A stretch of 24,560 bases of DNA from a virus (taxonomy: Duplodnaviria > Caudoviricetes): IMG/VR virus record IMGVR_UViG_3300037440_000161, positions 1 through 24,560 of that record. One strand, given 5' to 3'. The position numbers and the translations under genes are program-made. The notes below the pieces were generated by a model that was not told the origin of the DNA, did not search any database, and saw only the letters and a program-made list of their open reading frames with translations. Shown here one piece after another: positions 24,072-24,560 of the stretch (the stretch's first letter is position 1; every line of letters begins with the position of its first letter).

Positions 24072-24560
24072 CGAAAGAACAATTTCAGGAGGGGTTAATC
24101 AACTTCTCAAACCACAGAGTTTTGCTTTGGCCAGCCCTTGAGGCAACAAAACATTTACGCCTTCCGGTTTTGGAGTTGGGTTGTGGGTATGGGTCAACGC
24201 CGTATCTCAAAATGTACTGCATAGAAATAGGCGTTCCTCTTTTGTCCTACGATTCCAATAAAGAATGGGCAGATAGAATGAAGGCTATCCATGTCCCGGA
24301 TTGGAGTAAGCAGAAATTTAATCTTGGTTATTCTGTGGCCCTGGTGGATGAGGCACCTGGTGAACACAGGAAGGAATCAATAGCTATGCTCCGTGGGCAA
24401 GTTCAGATACTGGTAGCGCATGACACAGAGAAGGCGGCGGATCACGGCTACCAGATGCGCAACGAGTTATTTAAGTGGATGTATCACAAGGAATACGTAA
24501 CTGATGGGGCTGGTTGTATGGCTGTTTCTGACACTATAGATGTTTCAAAATGGATCGTGT
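24068..24560 (+). CDS. SAM-dependent methyltransferase-like protein (partial, runs off window)
   Basis: Hand translation: PVLELGCGYGSTP..., LSYDSN.EW, ALVDEAP, VAHDTE. Confidence 0.75.
   Translation, partial: MTKEQFQEGLINFSNHRVLLWPALEATKHLRLPVLELGCGYGSTPYLKMYCIEIGVPLLSYDSNKEWADRMKAIHVPDWSKQKFNLGYSVALVDEAPGEHRKESIAMLRGQVQILVAHDTEKAADHGYQMRNELFKWMYHKEYVTDGAGCMAVSDTIDVSKWIV

Overview
This window is the central ~24.5 kb of a temperate tailed phage, most likely infecting a Bacteroidota host: it has TAnnTTTG -7 promoter boxes, almost no Shine-Dalgarno sites and a Bacteroidota-style tyrosine integrase. The left arm (1-10165, minus strand) is a lambdoid early operon of many small ORFs, including NinG, NinB, a YdaU/DUF1376-like replication initiator with internal iteron-like repeats, and a block of small genes joined by a repeated intergenic linker. 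The centre holds a repressor/cro switch with paired operators, the integrase, and an apparently intact attP whose core resembles the 3' end of a tRNA-Thr, implying the excised or virion form. The right arm (plus strand) carries a ~158-nt tRNA-like RNA with a non-canonical fold, then TerS and TerL. No portal follows in the window. Instead there is an RHH regulator and a translationally coupled cluster of at least 9 kb of glycosyltransferase-like, methyltransferase and epimerase-like genes running off the window end. The most interesting items are the tRNA-like RNA, the phage-encoded glycan pathway directly after the terminase, and the repeat-linked small-gene block. Family assignments come from motifs read by eye; no searches were run.
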